Shown here: in pieces, positions 21,695 to 22,447 of the stretch
Numbering within the stretch: the stretch's first letter is position 1
Layout of the letters: each line of letters opens with the position of its first letter
Notes under the pieces: model-generated
The model's database searches: none
Told to the model about the DNA's origin: nothing
Seen by the model: only the letters and a program-made list of their open reading frames with translations
NCBI GenBank assembly: GCA_010015585.1
Contig: ML975186.1
Length of the DNA: 22,447 nt
Source: Eremomyces bilateralis CBS 781.70
Taxonomy: Eukaryota
Reading direction: 5' to 3' (one strand)
Made by a program: the position numbers and the translations under genes

Positions 21695-21854
21695 GATTCT
21701 GTCAATGGGTTTTGGGTGTGTGCGGAGAGCTTTCATACCAAATGGAAGACCATCTTTAACTCCATTTTCATCCACAACCACACTATGCTCCGTCAATTAA
21801 ATATAACCATTCGATTCCCCTGCTTTTTCTCCATAATTGATTGAATTTTGGGTC

Positions 21855-22447
21855 ATGTCGGCCCGAAACCAGCATCGTCAGAGCGCGCGGTTGAACTCGC
21901 CCACTTTGCTACCTGCTCCAAGTTCTCAGCATATTGCTGCGTCAAACACATCTAATGCACCTCGTCAGAAAGCAAGAGGTTCTCAAAGACGCAGTAAGGC
22001 GCAGAGAGTAAACGAGATATGCCAATTCATGCGGAAAAAAAACATTACACTACGAGAATTTATCCATGTCTACGCGACGACTCAAGGGTCTGATGGTTAT
22101 GGGGAGCGCCCTGCCACGCGTGCCAAACGACTCGCCGAGGCCGTCTACGGTCAGGCAGAGGTCTTAGATGCACTGCGAGAACATCCCGCGTCTGGTGCGG
22201 CAGGAATTGTCACTATAAAGGACCTGAGGAAGGAAATGAAGGAACTGGAAGAAGCCGGAGATATGTTTAGTGCCTACCAAGTCGACCGTGTCCAAGAGAA
22301 GACTTCACCTGCCGGCGTAGGGAGGGAGAAACAGTCAGAGGGTCAGAAGGTCGAGGACTACGAGCGCATACTGGGCAACATGCAGTTTGGGCAGATGTAC
22401 GAGCAAGTTAAAACTCGTGCTCCTCTTCTATGTGGATTGCTCAATGG
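21855..22447 (+). CDS. Partial ORF truncated by the window end, at least 197 aa; possible DUF6589-family protein N-terminus
   Basis: ATG at 21855 with no stop to 22447: MSARNQHRQSARLNSP...RVNEICQFMRKKNITLREFIHVYATT...RAKRLAEAVYGQAEVLDALREH...IKDLRKEMKELEEAGDMFSAYQ...FGQMYEQVKTRAPLLCGLLN. AT-rich TATA-like AATTAAATATAA at about 21795-21806. The family resemblance is recalled, not searched. Confidence 0.6.
   Translation, partial: MSARNQHRQSARLNSPTLLPAPSSQHIAASNTSNAPRQKARGSQRRSKAQRVNEICQFMRKKNITLREFIHVYATTQGSDGYGERPATRAKRLAEAVYGQAEVLDALREHPASGAAGIVTIKDLRKEMKELEEAGDMFSAYQVDRVQEKTSPAGVGREKQSEGQKVEDYERILGNMQFGQMYEQVKTRAPLLCGLLN

Noticed and set aside
21781..21785. CACTA as a CACTA-transposon terminus
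   Set aside because: A lone 5-mer with no partner terminus or duplication visible in the window.
20531..21796. ORFs 20531-20824 -, 21274-21693 + and 21593-21796 - as genes, and RIP as the cause of the local AT-richness
   Set aside because: No motifs or convincing splice model; CpA dinucleotides were still common in the stretch I counted, so a RIP signature is not supported.

Overview
Eukaryotic DNA from a filamentous ascomycete (Pezizomycotina-type: short GT-AG introns, CTAAC/CTAAT/CTGAT branch points, CT-rich promoter tracts). It holds five complete, apparently intact genes: an intronless phosphoinositide-specific phospholipase C (4925-8428 +), a DUF1749 alpha/beta-hydrolase (9288-10226 -), the U6 snRNP protein LSM3 (10779-11265 +, 4 exons), a Clb3/4-like B-type cyclin (12213-14601 -, 4 exons including a 12-nt first exon) and a protein with a C-terminal Zn2Cys6 cluster (18177-20211 +, 2 coding exons). 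A sixth ORF starts at 21855 and runs off the window end; it is absent from the ORF track and resembles, from memory only, the N-terminus of fungal DUF6589 proteins. I can support no gene in 1-3700 or 14700-17400. I see no clearly novel multi-gene system. The best leads are the right end (DUF6589-like ORF preceded by an 89-nt three-way-junction fold-back and a dense GTAC cluster), a compact Mcm1/forkhead/MCB-like module upstream of the cyclin, and a 1.1-kb ATG-free leader with one uORF before the PLC gene. All family assignments come from motif recognition; no database searches were run.
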